64,000 nt of DNA from the NCBI GenBank assembly GCA_046292385.1, contig JBKBRF010000014.1, positions 24,234 through 88,233 on the forward strand, given 5' to 3'. A model generated the notes under the pieces. That model was given only the letters and a program-made list of their open reading frames with translations. It had not been told where the DNA came from and searched no databases. This document shows positions 23,421 to 33,342 of the stretch, piece after piece. The number at the start of each line of letters is the position of its first letter. Within the stretch, counting starts at the first letter, position 1. The translations under genes were made by a program, and so were the position numbers. The DNA is from Armatimonadota bacterium (GTDB lineage: Bacteria > Armatimonadota > SYMT01).

Positions 23421-24237
23421 GCCGGACGAGCAGCACGAGCCGGGTGGCGGTCATCGACCGGGTGCATCAGGCGCTGGTGAGCCTGGGCTTGCCGGAGATG
23501 GATGGGGTCGTGGAGACGCGCCTGGAGCAGGCCACCCGGCAGGAGCAGGCCTACGGCGAGTTCCTCGCGGAGCTGCTGGAGACCGAAGTTCAGGCCCGCC
23601 GGGAGCGGTATCTCCGCACCCGGATGCGCCTGGCCCATCTCCCAGCAGTGAAGACGCTGGAGCAGTTCGACTTCGGCTTTCAGCCGAGTATCGACGAGCG
23701 CCAGATCCGGGAGCTGCAGACCCTGCGGTTCGTGTCAGAGGGGAGCAACGTGATTCTGCTGGGACCGCCGGGGGTGGGCAAAACCGGGTGCCCCCTGGGC
23801 GCATGGCGATCGCGCTCGCGGTGGAGACGGTGCGCTCCGGGCACGGCGCGTACTTCATCACCGCCCACGATCTGGTGAGCGATCTGGGACGTGCCGCGCG
23901 GGAGAACCGGCTGGACCGACGGCTGCGGGTCTATCTGGCGCCGAAGGTGCTGGTGGTCGACGAGATGGGCTACCTGCCGCTGGATACGGTGGGGGCGACG
24001 ATCTTCTTTCAGCTCGTGAGCGCCCGGTATGAACGCGGCAGCATCGTGCTGACCAGCAACAAGAGCTACGGCGAGTGGGGCAGCGTGTTTGGGGATCCGA
24101 TCATCGCCACGGCGATCCTGGACCGATTGCTGCACCACTCGACCACGGTGAACATCCGAGGTGAGAGCTACCGGCTCAAAGAACGCCGGAAAGCGGGTCT
24201 CCTCTCCGCCCCCAAACCGGAGGAGACCCGTCCGTAG
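23417..24237 (+). pseudogene. istB: IS21 helper ATPase IstB, frameshifted by a 14-nt insertion after Walker A
   Basis: KTLEQFDFGFQP and GPPGVGKT in one frame; MAIALAVE, VDEMGYLP, TSNK, AILDRLLHH, GESYR in another; removing 23786-23799 restores the frame. Confidence 0.9.
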
Positions 24238-24319
24238 AGAGAGCTGGGTGGGGAAGATTACTCCGGCGATTTGGGGATTTTCACTTCGGCGTTGACACAT
24301 TCGCATGGTGCGGCAGCTC

Positions 24320-24598
24320 GAGCCCGAGGCGTCCGGAGGCGCAGCCGGAGGAGGCCACTTGTGACCACCCCTGGAGCTTCAGGGGTGGTCGCTCGAAGGC
24401 CCGGGAGGCAGCCCGTGAACACAGGCAAGGTCGAGATGACGGTGGTGGCGCGGGAAGAGCCTGACGGGGAATGCTCCCGCAGCGGCCTGCTAGCGGAGGC
24501 GAAGCCGGAGCGTGAAAAGGCCGCGGAGGGCCTTCGTCGCGGGAGGGCTGCCTCCCGGGACAAGGGCGCGGGGTCGGACCGCGGGGCCGACGCTGCTC
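24320..24598. other. Structured dispersed element or candidate ncRNA, copy A
   Basis: Homologous to the reverse complement of 34249-34542; 43/44-nt identical core; compensatory long-range stem. Confidence 0.7.
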
Positions 24599-24651
24599 TG
24601 CGAGATGAGGAGCGTCTCACGCGCGGACGGAAACGAAACGGAACAAACGCA

Positions 24652-24686
24652 GAGAGGCCCCTCCATCGCTGATGGAGGGGCCTCTC
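24652..24686 (-). terminator. Intrinsic terminator downstream of tRNA-Glu
   Basis: 16-bp stem GAGAGGCCCCTCCATC/GATGGAGGGGCCTCTC followed by a T-rich run on the minus strand. Confidence 0.85.
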
Positions 24687-24692
24687 ACTCGA

Positions 24693-24766
24693 TAGCCCGT
24701 AGGGGATTCGAACCCCTGATCTCCTGGCTGAGAACCAGGCGTCCTGGACCACTAGACGAACGGGCC
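24693..24766 (-). tRNA. tRNA-Glu(CTC), CCA not encoded
   Basis: GGCCCGTTCGTCTAGTGGTCCAGGACG-CCTGG-TT-CTC-AG-CCAGG-AGATCAGGGGTTCGAATCCCCTACGGGCTA cloverleaf. Confidence 0.97.
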
Positions 24767-24941
24767 TCGCTGACGAAAGAGATCTTAACATGCAGGTGCG
24801 TGGCTGGCAAGCCCCAGATTTTGAGGTTTCGTGAGAGACCGTCGGAAGGAGTTGGAGGAGAAGCAAGGGAGCGCAGCGAAGCATTCGCCGGAAGTCCGCC
24901 GAACTGCCGCTCGACCTGCGGTACCGTCGAGGGAGGGGCTC

Positions 24942-25352
24942 GTGGTCCGAGTGCTCTGCGTGGAAGACGATCCGCTGGTCCGCACCTACCTGGCCACCCG
25001 CCTGGCGCTGGAGCGGGACCTGGAAGTGGCCGCCGTAGTCGGCACCGCCCCCGAGGCGCTTGCCTACCTGGCCGCGCACCCGGTCGACGTGGTGCTGCTC
25101 GACTACGTGCTGGAGAACAGCCCGGACGGCATGCAGCTCCTCGGCGCCATTCTGGCGCGGCGGGCGGAGCAGGGCTCCCGCACCCCGCGAGTGCTCTTCT
25201 GCACCGGCATGGCCGACCTCGACTTCGAGCGGCGCGCCCGTGCGGCGGGCGCGGACGGCGTGCTCGCCAAGAACCGGATGGCGGACGACCTTACCACCGC
25301 CGTCCGCGCGGTCGCCTCCGGCGCCTGCTGGTTCTCCCCGAAGGGCGTTTAA
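24942..25352 (+). CDS. Response regulator receiver protein
   Basis: CVEDD, VLLDY, FCTG, LAK motifs. Confidence 0.85.
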   Translation: MVRVLCVEDDPLVRTYLATRLALERDLEVAAVVGTAPEALAYLAAHPVDVVLLDYVLENSPDGMQLLGAILARRAEQGSRTPRVLFCTGMADLDFERRARAAGADGVLAKNRMADDLTTAVRAVASGACWFSPKGV

Positions 25353-26161
25353 CTCTCTCCGACCGGGTCGGTGCCGCCGGGGAGCGGGAGGCCGCCGTGG
25401 GCGGTCCAGCCGCCGTCGACGTAGAGCGCGGTGCCGGTGACGAAGCTGCTCTCCCGCGCGGCGAGGAAGACCGCGGCGCTCCGGATCTCCCCCAGCTCTC
25501 CCCAGCGGTGCTGCGGAATCATCCGCAGGTACGACTCGAACAGCTCCGGGTTCTCCTGCAGGCGCAGGTTGTACGGAGTCCGGAACGGGCCGGGGCAGAT
25601 CGCGTTGACGGTGATGCCGTGCTGCGCCCACTCCAGCGCCATCACCCGCGTGAGCTGGAGCAGGCCGCCCTTCGCCGCGCAGTAGGCGCCGCGCTCCGGC
25701 AGGGCGATCGAGCCGAGCGACGAGGAGATGTTGAGGATCCGCCCGTAGCCCGCGCGGAGCATGTGCGGCGCCACCTCCCGAGCCAGCATGAACGGCGCGT
25801 CGAGGCAGACCCGCAGGATGCCGCTCCACTCCTCGTCCGAAAGCTCCAGCAGCGGACGCCGCAGCCCCGCCCCGGCGTTGTTCACCAGGATCTCCAGGTG
25901 GCCGAATTCCTCCAGCGCGGTAGAGACGAGCCGGCGGACCTGCTCCCGGTCGGTCACGTCCGCCTCGACCCCGACCACGCGGCGGCCCGTCTCCCGGGCG
26001 ATCCGCTCCGCCGCCTCCGCCGCCTCGGCGCCCTTGCGGCTGCAGAGCAGCAGGTCCGCCCCCTGCTCCGCCAGCGCCGTCGCCATCTCGTAACCGAGCC
26101 CCCGGCTGCCGCCGGTCACCAGTGCTGCCTGTCCGGAGAGATCGAACACGAAAGACTCCAT
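25349..26161 (-). CDS. SDR oxidoreductase
   Basis: TGGSRGLG, NNAG, YCAAK, VDGG. Confidence 0.93.
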   Translation of the reverse strand: MESFVFDLSGQAALVTGGSRGLGYEMATALAEQGADLLLCSRKGAEAAEAAERIARETGRRVVGVEADVTDREQVRRLVSTALEEFGHLEILVNNAGAGLRRPLLELSDEEWSGILRVCLDAPFMLAREVAPHMLRAGYGRILNISSSLGSIALPERGAYCAAKGGLLQLTRVMALEWAQHGITVNAICPGPFRTPYNLRLQENPELFESYLRMIPQHRWGELGEIRSAAVFLAARESSFVTGTALYVDGGWTAHGGLPLPGGTDPVGES

Positions 26162-26271
26162 TTGATGTGTAAGAAAGGAGATAGGGGGATGAACTGGGGA
26201 TACGGGGATGTCTTAAGGGCAGAGGGATGAGAGCGGAGTGCGGAATTCACACCCTGTGCACGAGAGGTTCG

Positions 26272-26331
26272 GTCCTCTGCACTCCGCCCTCTGCACTCCG
26301 TCCTCTGAATTCCGTCCTCTGCACTCCGTCC
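26272..26331. repeat. Heptamer tandem repeat (TCTGCAC/TCCGTCC units); related copy at ~55932-55961
   Basis: Alternating 7-mers read directly. Confidence 0.8.
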
Positions 26332-26338
26332 TGATTGA

Positions 26339-28879
26339 TCATCGCTCCCGCTCCAGGTCATTCTCCTCCCGGCAGAGGCGGACGGACCGCACGGCGCGGC
26401 GGCCGGCCATCGGAAGCGTGGCGACCAGCAGGATCGAGAGCAGCGCGCCGAAGACGAGGAGCAGCGCCGGCAGCAGCTCGCTCACGGCCTGCTGGCTCAG
26501 GAGCCGGCGGACCATGAAGAGGCTGCCGAAGAGCAGCGCCATCGGCATTCCGATCGGCACGATCAGGCGCGCGGTCTTGATCAGGTTGCGAAGCAGGCTG
26601 GGCGGGCGCCAGTCGTCGAAGGCGGAGTAGGCGCCGTGGAGCGACAGCAAGACGATGAGCGCGAAGCTCCAGAGCCAGACCGCCGCGGTCCACCACGGCG
26701 CGTGGAAGACCAGGGCGGTCACCAGCGCCGCCGCCGCAAGGGAGAGGCAGCTGGCGAAGAACGGCAGGTTGGTCGCAACCGCCGCCGCGACGGTGCCGGC
26801 AACCAGGTCGCGATCGTCGGCGCAGGTGATGAGGAGGTAGTGGAAGCGCTTCTGCTGGCGTCCGGTGGAGCTCTCCATCATCACGTGCGACATCAGCCCG
26901 AGTACCCCGCCCTGCATCAGGGTCCAGAGGATCAGCAGCGAGATCCCGAGTGCGATGGCGCCGCCGACCTGAACCTCCCAGAAGGCCGGCTGCAGCAGGA
27001 ACGCGAGCACCAGGCTCGGATAGCCGAGCTGCGCCATCGTGAAGAGGAGCCCCACCATCAGGAGCAGCATCACGCCCAGCGAGGCCGAGATGCCGAGCTG
27101 GATGCCGAGCTGGACCGGCCGCCGCAGCATCCGGTGGGCGGCCAGGGTGAACTGGGCGTTGTCCCACCGCTCCGCCAGCCGCAGCAGCCACCGCTCCGCC
27201 CAGTCCCGGTTCAGCCGCTCCGCGCGCGCCTTCTGCTCGCGGGAGCGCGGACGCAGCTTCAGGCCCAGCGCCAGCAGCAGCAGGCCGGCAGCGGCGGGCA
27301 GCGCCAGCGTCGCCGCCGCGGGCAGCGGGGAGCCGCCGCGGGCCAGGCCCGGCAGGAGCTGCATGAAGGTGTAGAGCGGGCTCCAGGCCGCGGCCCAGTG
27401 CGCCCACTCCGGCAGCCCGGGCCGGGTGGCAACCCCGAGCGGCGCGATGTAGCCGACGACCGCCAGGAACGACGCGGCGACCGCCCAGCCGGGGGTCTGG
27501 ACCTGGCCCGACTTCGGATCCGGCGCGCCGAGGAAGCTGCGCCATCCGGCGCCGAAGAGCACCACCACCGCCGCCAGCACCAGTAGATCGCCGAGGGCGT
27601 GGACCGTGTCCGGCCAGGGGGAGACCCCGCCCAGCGCGCCGCAGAGCAGCACCAGCAGCGCCGCTTGGCCGAGCCATAGCAGCGCATCGCTCGTCCCTCC
27701 GCGCAGCACCGTGCCCGGGCTGGTGCTGCCGTACCAGCCGAAGCGCTGCCGCTCCAGCGTCGCGATCAGCCCCATCCCGCCGTAGAGCACCAGCAGCCCC
27801 GCCAGGCCCGCCGCGGGTGTGGCGGAGCCGACCAGCCGCCCCAGCGTGCCGCTCTCCACCATCCCCCACGAGAAGCCGGCGACGGTGACGAAGAGGAGCG
27901 CGCTCCCGATGCGGCCCAGGCGCTGCTTGAGCAGCCACTCTTCCTTGCGCGCCGTCTCCTCCGGCAGCAGCACCTGGGTCCGACCGCCGGGGAGCGACTG
28001 CACGAACGGCTCGCGGGTCCACATCTCCGCCCCGCCGGTGAGCGCGTGCGCGCGGGAGACGGCCCAGACGAAGAAGAGCGGCCAGGCGGGCGTGAGCACC
28101 CAGTCGAAGAAGCCCTGCGGCTGCCAGATGAGCCGCGCCAGGGCGGCGATCACGCTCAGCGGCAGGATGGCGCCGTACTGGCTGCCCACCGCGCGAGCCA
28201 CCTGCCGGAAGATCGCAGTGATCAGCGGCAGGATCACCGGGCGCATCAGGAACTGAAAGCCGAACTGGAACGACAGGATCCAGACGAGACTCTGGCTCGC
28301 CTGCGCCTGGCTCACGTTCTTCCCCTTGGCCGTCACCGCGTCCGGCGAGTGACGGGCCACCAGCCCCATGGAGACCTCCATCGGGCCGGGCGGCGCGAAG
28401 AGGAGGGCGCCGTAGAGGATGTAGAGCGCCACCACGTCGCCCGGGTTCACGCTGCCGTAGGCGATGAGCAGCGCGTAGAGCGGCAGCGGCACCAGGATCG
28501 CCACCGTCCGCAGGAAAGCGCGCGCCACCCCGATCTTGCCCAACAGCTCTCGCGGCGCCTGCGGCAGGATCCGGATGAAGTCGAGGCGGTCGGCGGTCGC
28601 CTCCTGCTGGAGGGAGTAGGTGGCGCTCCAGCAGACGGCGGCCACCACCAGGTGGAGCAGCGAGAGGATGCTGAAGAGCACGATGCCGGCCGGCGCGGGC
28701 AGGGAGCGCGGCTCGACGAGGCCGAAGGCGTCCAGGGCGTGGAAGCCGAGGATCGGCAGCGACAGCGCGAGGATGCTTCCCAGCGAGATCTTCCAGCCGA
28801 AGCCGCGGCGAGCCCAGCGGCGCATGTCCCGCCAGAGGAACGGGTTGTCGGCGACCCAGTCGGTCCAGAGGTGGCGCAT
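26339..28879 (-). CDS. Polytopic membrane protein, internally duplicated ABC-2-permease-like (paralog 1)
   Basis: WVADNPFLWRDMRR start, second WDNAQF..RML unit, many TM helices. Confidence 0.8.
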   Translation of the reverse strand: MRHLWTDWVADNPFLWRDMRRWARRGFGWKISLGSILALSLPILGFHALDAFGLVEPRSLPAPAGIVLFSILSLLHLVVAAVCWSATYSLQQEATADRLDFIRILPQAPRELLGKIGVARAFLRTVAILVPLPLYALLIAYGSVNPGDVVALYILYGALLFAPPGPMEVSMGLVARHSPDAVTAKGKNVSQAQASQSLVWILSFQFGFQFLMRPVILPLITAIFRQVARAVGSQYGAILPLSVIAALARLIWQPQGFFDWVLTPAWPLFFVWAVSRAHALTGGAEMWTREPFVQSLPGGRTQVLLPEETARKEEWLLKQRLGRIGSALLFVTVAGFSWGMVESGTLGRLVGSATPAAGLAGLLVLYGGMGLIATLERQRFGWYGSTSPGTVLRGGTSDALLWLGQAALLVLLCGALGGVSPWPDTVHALGDLLVLAAVVVLFGAGWRSFLGAPDPKSGQVQTPGWAVAASFLAVVGYIAPLGVATRPGLPEWAHWAAAWSPLYTFMQLLPGLARGGSPLPAAATLALPAAAGLLLLALGLKLRPRSREQKARAERLNRDWAERWLLRLAERWDNAQFTLAAHRMLRRPVQLGIQLGISASLGVMLLLMVGLLFTMAQLGYPSLVLAFLLQPAFWEVQVGGAIALGISLLILWTLMQGGVLGLMSHVMMESSTGRQQKRFHYLLITCADDRDLVAGTVAAAVATNLPFFASCLSLAAAALVTALVFHAPWWTAAVWLWSFALIVLLSLHGAYSAFDDWRPPSLLRNLIKTARLIVPIGMPMALLFGSLFMVRRLLSQQAVSELLPALLLVFGALLSILLVATLPMAGRRAVRSVRLCREENDLERER

Positions 28880-29065
28880 AGGGGATTACGTCAAAGCCGG
28901 GCCGAAAGGCAGAGTCGCCGGGAGCGCGCCGGGCGGCTCCCCCATACCAACGTTGGAGAGAGTACGGAGGTTACCCTTGTTTCCGCACGGCCGAGGTGGC
29001 GAACGATCAAGCCGGAGCCGGGTCGACCGCCGCCCCGAAGCGCGTGCCGGAAGGAGTAGCCTTCC

Positions 29066-29155
29066 CGCCCCGGAGGGGCGAGAGAAGATAGCCGGGGGTC
29101 AGCGCAGCGCAGCCCCCGGAGTCCGCGCCGCACCCACCGCCGCCCTGGAGGGGCG
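29066..29155. repeat. REP-like composite palindrome (CGCCCCGGAGGGGCG ... CCGGGGG/CCCCCGG ... CGCCCTGGAGGGGCG)
   Basis: Two near-identical 15-nt palindromes flanking an internal hairpin. Confidence 0.65.
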
Positions 29156-29270
29156 GGAGCACCACGCCGGCAGTCCCCCGCCGGAGATCGATACTCTCGG
29201 CGGGGGACGCGGCGGAGAGCGAGGGTCGCCAGCGAGCAGGAGCAGGACCTCCCGTTCACGGAGGGTTCGG

Positions 29271-29319
29271 CTTTAGCCTTTAGCCTTCTGCCTTTAGCCT
29301 TTAAGGGCCTTTTGCCTTT
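29271..29319. repeat. Heptamer tandem repeat (CTTTAGC/CTTCTGC/CTTTTGC), same family as 21691-21774, inverted
   Basis: Read directly. Confidence 0.8.
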
Positions 29320-31379
29320 CAGAGGCGTTTCTCCAGGCTCTCCGGGCGCCGGGCCTGCCGCATGAACCGGATTGCGGCCCGGTAGGACGCCGGGAGCCGC
29401 GCTGCCAGGTAGACGGGCAGCAGCAGCAGCGTGAGCAGGAACGCCATCGGGAACAGGCCCGGCCGCTGGTCCCAGACTGCCGCCAGGATCACGACGAGTA
29501 GCACCGCCGCGCCGATCGCCAGGAGTAGAGCCCGTCGCCGCGGGCGGAGGGTCCAGATCTCGAACTCCTGCAGCGCGCCGTGCGCCACCAGCAGCGCCAG
29601 GGTAACCGTTCCCCACAGCCAGACGAGGGCGATCCACCACGGCACTCCGAGGGCGAGCGCGCCGAGGAGCCAGACGGCGCTGGCGCCGAGCGCGCCCGAC
29701 GAGGTGATCGCCGCCTGCACCAGCCCCAGCGACAGGTACCCTTCCACCAGCCGCGCATCTTCCAGCGGCGTCAGCAGGAGCGCGATCACGTGGTCGTAGC
29801 CGGTATCGGACGGGCGGTACCCCTCGTGGACCGCGTTCCAGAACGAGACGACCGAAACGAGGCCGCCGATCGCGAGCACGCCGCCGCTGACCCCCAGGGC
29901 GACGGAAGCGGGGTCGCCGCCGGGGGAGCTTAGCCAGCGGGAGAGATCCTGCGGCTGGCTGATCAGGTAGGCCACGAGCAGCGGCAGCGTGAAGCCGAGC
30001 GACATCACGAAGCCGAGCACCGGCGCCACCAGGAGACGCACCAAGGGCGAGTGAAGGTGCCGGGTCACCTGTCGCAGCGAGCGCGTTAGCAGCGGATTGT
30101 CGACCCGCCGCGCGTACCCCAGCAGCCGCTGCTCCAGGCGGTCGGTAACCTCCTGCGCCGCCGCTTCGGGAGCGCTCGGCTTCTCGTCCGGCGCGATGGC
30201 CGGTGTTTGGGATTCCGGGCTCGCCGCGCCGCGCGCCTCCCGCCAGCGGCGGAAGAGGACGAAGGCAGCCCCGGCCGCCACGAGCAAGAGCAGCGGCCCC
30301 TCCCCGAGCTTTGCCGCCACCCCGCGCCAGTAGTACCCGCCCAGGAGCAGGAGGAGTAGCGCGCCACGGAGAGAGCGGTCGCGGCGGATCCGGCGCTCGG
30401 TCGGCGAGTCGCCGCTAAAATCAAACGTGCTCCGGTCCCAGGCGAAGGCCGCTTCCCGGGCGACGGCGGTGCGGGAGAGCACGATCCACGCGAGCAGGGG
30501 GAGCGCGGGAGGGAGCGACAGGTGGAAGAACGGCAGCGGCTCCCAGAGCAGCCGCGCGACCGCCACCATCACCCCGAACGGCAGCAGTGGGAAGAGCTCT
30601 CGAGGGACCACGGAGATCAACACTTCGAACACGGGTCGGAACGGCAGCCGGACCACGCCGCTGATGCCCAGTGCGACGAGGATCCCGAGGGCTAACGCGC
30701 AGCCGCCCATGCATCCCGCTTCGGAGGCGAGGTCGCCGGCCCCGTACGGCCGCCGAAAAGCCTCCGGCCTGGACCAGCGGGTCGATGGCTCACGGGGGCT
30801 CGCTTCCGAAGCGTCTTCGGTCTCTCTCTCGCCTTCCTCGTCTTCGTCCTGTTTGGCCCCGACCGGATGGACGGGAAGCTGCTCCGCGGAGGGCGGGGCC
30901 CAGAGCGGCAGCAGGTGGAGCAGCAGGATCGTCGCGACGTCGCGGGGCTGGACCCCGCCGTACGCCAGGCAGAGCAGGTAGAGCGGAACCGTCCCCAGCG
31001 CGGGCAGCAGGCGCGCCGCCGCCCGCGCCGCGGTGATCTGGCGCACCAGCTCCCGACCCGTGAGCGGGATAAGCCGCAGAAACTCCGTGCGCCCGGCCTC
31101 CGCCTCGTCCGCGAGAGAGAAGGGTGCGGGGCCGTTCCAGAGGCGGACCGCCACGTGGGCGAGCGAGACCCCGTACAGGAGTGCTGCACCGAGGGGGAGC
31201 TTCCCGAAGTAGTCCGGCCCCCACTGCCGCTCCGCCAGCAGCACCGCCGCGAAGACCAGCGCCGGCAGCCCCACCGCCCAGAGCGGCAGCCGCCACGGAA
31301 GGCCCTTCCGGCTCCGGCGCGCGAGGTCCCGGAGCAGGAAGGCGTTATCGGCGATCCAGGGTGGCCAGGAGGGGAGCAT
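29319..31379 (-). CDS. Polytopic membrane protein, ABC-2-permease-like (paralog 2)
   Basis: WIADNAFLLRDL, LADEAEAGRTEFLRLIP, VDNPLLTRSLR, LLLTPL. Confidence 0.8.
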   Translation of the reverse strand: MLPSWPPWIADNAFLLRDLARRSRKGLPWRLPLWAVGLPALVFAAVLLAERQWGPDYFGKLPLGAALLYGVSLAHVAVRLWNGPAPFSLADEAEAGRTEFLRLIPLTGRELVRQITAARAAARLLPALGTVPLYLLCLAYGGVQPRDVATILLLHLLPLWAPPSAEQLPVHPVGAKQDEDEEGERETEDASEASPREPSTRWSRPEAFRRPYGAGDLASEAGCMGGCALALGILVALGISGVVRLPFRPVFEVLISVVPRELFPLLPFGVMVAVARLLWEPLPFFHLSLPPALPLLAWIVLSRTAVAREAAFAWDRSTFDFSGDSPTERRIRRDRSLRGALLLLLLGGYYWRGVAAKLGEGPLLLLVAAGAAFVLFRRWREARGAASPESQTPAIAPDEKPSAPEAAAQEVTDRLEQRLLGYARRVDNPLLTRSLRQVTRHLHSPLVRLLVAPVLGFVMSLGFTLPLLVAYLISQPQDLSRWLSSPGGDPASVALGVSGGVLAIGGLVSVVSFWNAVHEGYRPSDTGYDHVIALLLTPLEDARLVEGYLSLGLVQAAITSSGALGASAVWLLGALALGVPWWIALVWLWGTVTLALLVAHGALQEFEIWTLRPRRRALLLAIGAAVLLVVILAAVWDQRPGLFPMAFLLTLLLLPVYLAARLPASYRAAIRFMRQARRPESLEKRL

Positions 31380-31395
31380 GGTCCGGGGTAGCGAC

Positions 31396-33342
31396 TTACT
31401 CTCTTCGATAGACGCCCAGGCTCGCCAGTGCCAGCCGGTAGGAAGTGGGGAGCAGCAGGGCGAGCACCACCGGACCGGCGAAGCAGAGGACCCGGAAGAG
31501 CAGCCGCAGCGGGTCGTCCGCAGTCGTGTCGTAGTCTCGCGAGGAGGGGAGTTGGTAGATCAGCTCCAACGCCGTGCCAATCACTACGGCGGTCAGCGCG
31601 GCGGGAACGGCGTAGTCGGAGAGCCGGTCCTTCCGATCGACCCAGCCGCGGAAGGTAAGCAGCGACCCGTGGACGAGCAGCAGGCCGGCGCTTGCGCACG
31701 CGACCAGGTAGATGGCGACCCAGAAGATCGGCGCACCCGCGCCGGCCGCGACCAGCGTCCAGACCAGCACCCCGGCTCCGATTCCCGCTGTCAGCGGTGC
31801 CGAGCGGAGCCAGGCGAGGGTGACGTGCCCCTGCAGCAGCGTCCTCGCGCCGGCGGGAGTCAGCTTCAGCCCCGGAACGTGCGGCGAGGTGCTGAGCCTG
31901 AGCCAGATACCCACCGCGCCGAGAACCAGGGTGACGCTGCCCGCCCACATCGCGACTGCCGCTAACGGAGGGAACTGCTCGCCTGCCCTCGGAGAGAGCA
32001 CCGCCGCCCACGTGGCGCTGCTCGTGACGAGGTTCGGGCCGAGGTTGAACATCGGAATCAGGGCACTCCAGGCGAGGGTCAGTAGGGCGGCCTGCGCCCC
32101 CTGGCGGAGGAGCGGAACGCGGCTGCGGAGCTGTCGCCTCACCTGCAGGGTGATGAGCGGGTTGTCCTCGCGCGCTGCCGCGGTGTCGAGCCACCGCTCC
32201 AGGGCGTCCCGCGGGCGGTTCGGGCGGACCACCCGACCCGTCTCCTCCGCGCGGGGGCGGTGCTTCCGGATGCGCGTGGAGCGCCAACCGGCGAGTCCGC
32301 CGATCCAGAGGAGCAGGGCAAAGGCCAGTACGCTCCCGCCGACCGCGTGGAGCGGCAGCCAGAAGAAGCCGAGCAGCACGATGCCCGTCACCGCGCCCAG
32401 CACTGCCGCGGACGGAGAGCGGTCTCCGTCCCGCGTCCCCTCGGCCACGGCATCCGGGGCGGCGTCCCACATCTCGGACGCTTCTCGCCACCGCACCACC
32501 AGGTAGACCAGTCCGGCGAGCCCGACCGGTACCAGCGGGGGCACGACGACGGTGAAGAAGGGGCGGGGCACCCAGAGGAGCCGGAGCAGAACCACTGGCG
32601 CGGTAAGCGGCCCTCCCCGGAGCAGCACCGGATCGATCCCCCCGGCCCAGGCCGCCGCGAGCAGGCGCCCGAGCCACACTCCCACGGGCTGCAGCCAGTT
32701 CTGCACGGTGCCCGAGGTAAGGAGCATCCCCAGCGCCAGCTGAACCACGATCATTCGCAAGGACGACCACCCGAAGCAGCCATCCCTCCTGGCCGGTTGC
32801 CGGTCGACCTTCGCCTGCAGGTGCTGGAATGCGCTGCGGACCTCCAGCGGCGTGGGCGGCCGGAAGAGCAGCGCCAGCATCACCAGTTGGGCCGTGAGGA
32901 GGTCCTGCGGCTTCGGGCCGCCGAGGGCGAGGGCCACGACGTAGATCGGCAGCGGCACCACCGCCGCCAGCAGACCGAGCGCGGCCCGCTCGATCCCGAT
33001 CAGCCCGAGAATCCGGCGCCCGTTCCGGGGGAGCAGCAGCCACGAGGTGAGCCGGCCGGTCACCGCCTCCGAGAAGAGGGAGATGCCGCTGGAGCGAGAC
33101 CAGAGCACCGCGATCCACTGGGCGGCGACGACCGCTCCCAGCAGCGTGTATCCGGCGGCGCCCGGCAAGAGCGGCCGCCGGATGCTCCACCCGTAGAAGG
33201 CGATCAATCCCAGCGCCAGCCCTACGGGGGACGCGGAGATCAGGAGGGCGCGCCGGAGCGTGCGGCGCCGCACCCACCGCAGCAGCGTCAGGCGGAGGAA
33301 CGGATTATCGGCGAGCCATTCCTGCCACGGGCGGGAGATCAC
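31396..33342 (-). CDS. Polytopic membrane protein, ABC-2-permease-like (paralog 3)
   Basis: WLADNPFLRL, SEAVTGRLTSWLLLP, EDNPLITLQVRR; GTG start approximate. Confidence 0.8.
   Translation of the reverse strand: MISRPWQEWLADNPFLRLTLLRWVRRRTLRRALLISASPVGLALGLIAFYGWSIRRPLLPGAAGYTLLGAVVAAQWIAVLWSRSSGISLFSEAVTGRLTSWLLLPRNGRRILGLIGIERAALGLLAAVVPLPIYVVALALGGPKPQDLLTAQLVMLALLFRPPTPLEVRSAFQHLQAKVDRQPARRDGCFGWSSLRMIVVQLALGMLLTSGTVQNWLQPVGVWLGRLLAAAWAGGIDPVLLRGGPLTAPVVLLRLLWVPRPFFTVVVPPLVPVGLAGLVYLVVRWREASEMWDAAPDAVAEGTRDGDRSPSAAVLGAVTGIVLLGFFWLPLHAVGGSVLAFALLLWIGGLAGWRSTRIRKHRPRAEETGRVVRPNRPRDALERWLDTAAAREDNPLITLQVRRQLRSRVPLLRQGAQAALLTLAWSALIPMFNLGPNLVTSSATWAAVLSPRAGEQFPPLAAVAMWAGSVTLVLGAVGIWLRLSTSPHVPGLKLTPAGARTLLQGHVTLAWLRSAPLTAGIGAGVLVWTLVAAGAGAPIFWVAIYLVACASAGLLLVHGSLLTFRGWVDRKDRLSDYAVPAALTAVVIGTALELIYQLPSSRDYDTTADDPLRLLFRVLCFAGPVVLALLLPTSYRLALASLGVYRRE

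Larger units (their letters stand above)
22084..24297 (+). mobile_element. IS21-family insertion sequence
   Basis: TGTCA...TGACA ends with ~50-bp imperfect TIRs (shared CGCCGGAGTAA and TCCCCACCC); 4-bp target duplication CATT at 22080-22083 and 24298-24301; istA-istB. Confidence 0.95.

Noticed and set aside
23761..23810. Programmed ribosomal frameshift in istB
   Set aside because: No recognisable slippery heptamer; a discrete 14-nt insertion explains the shift.
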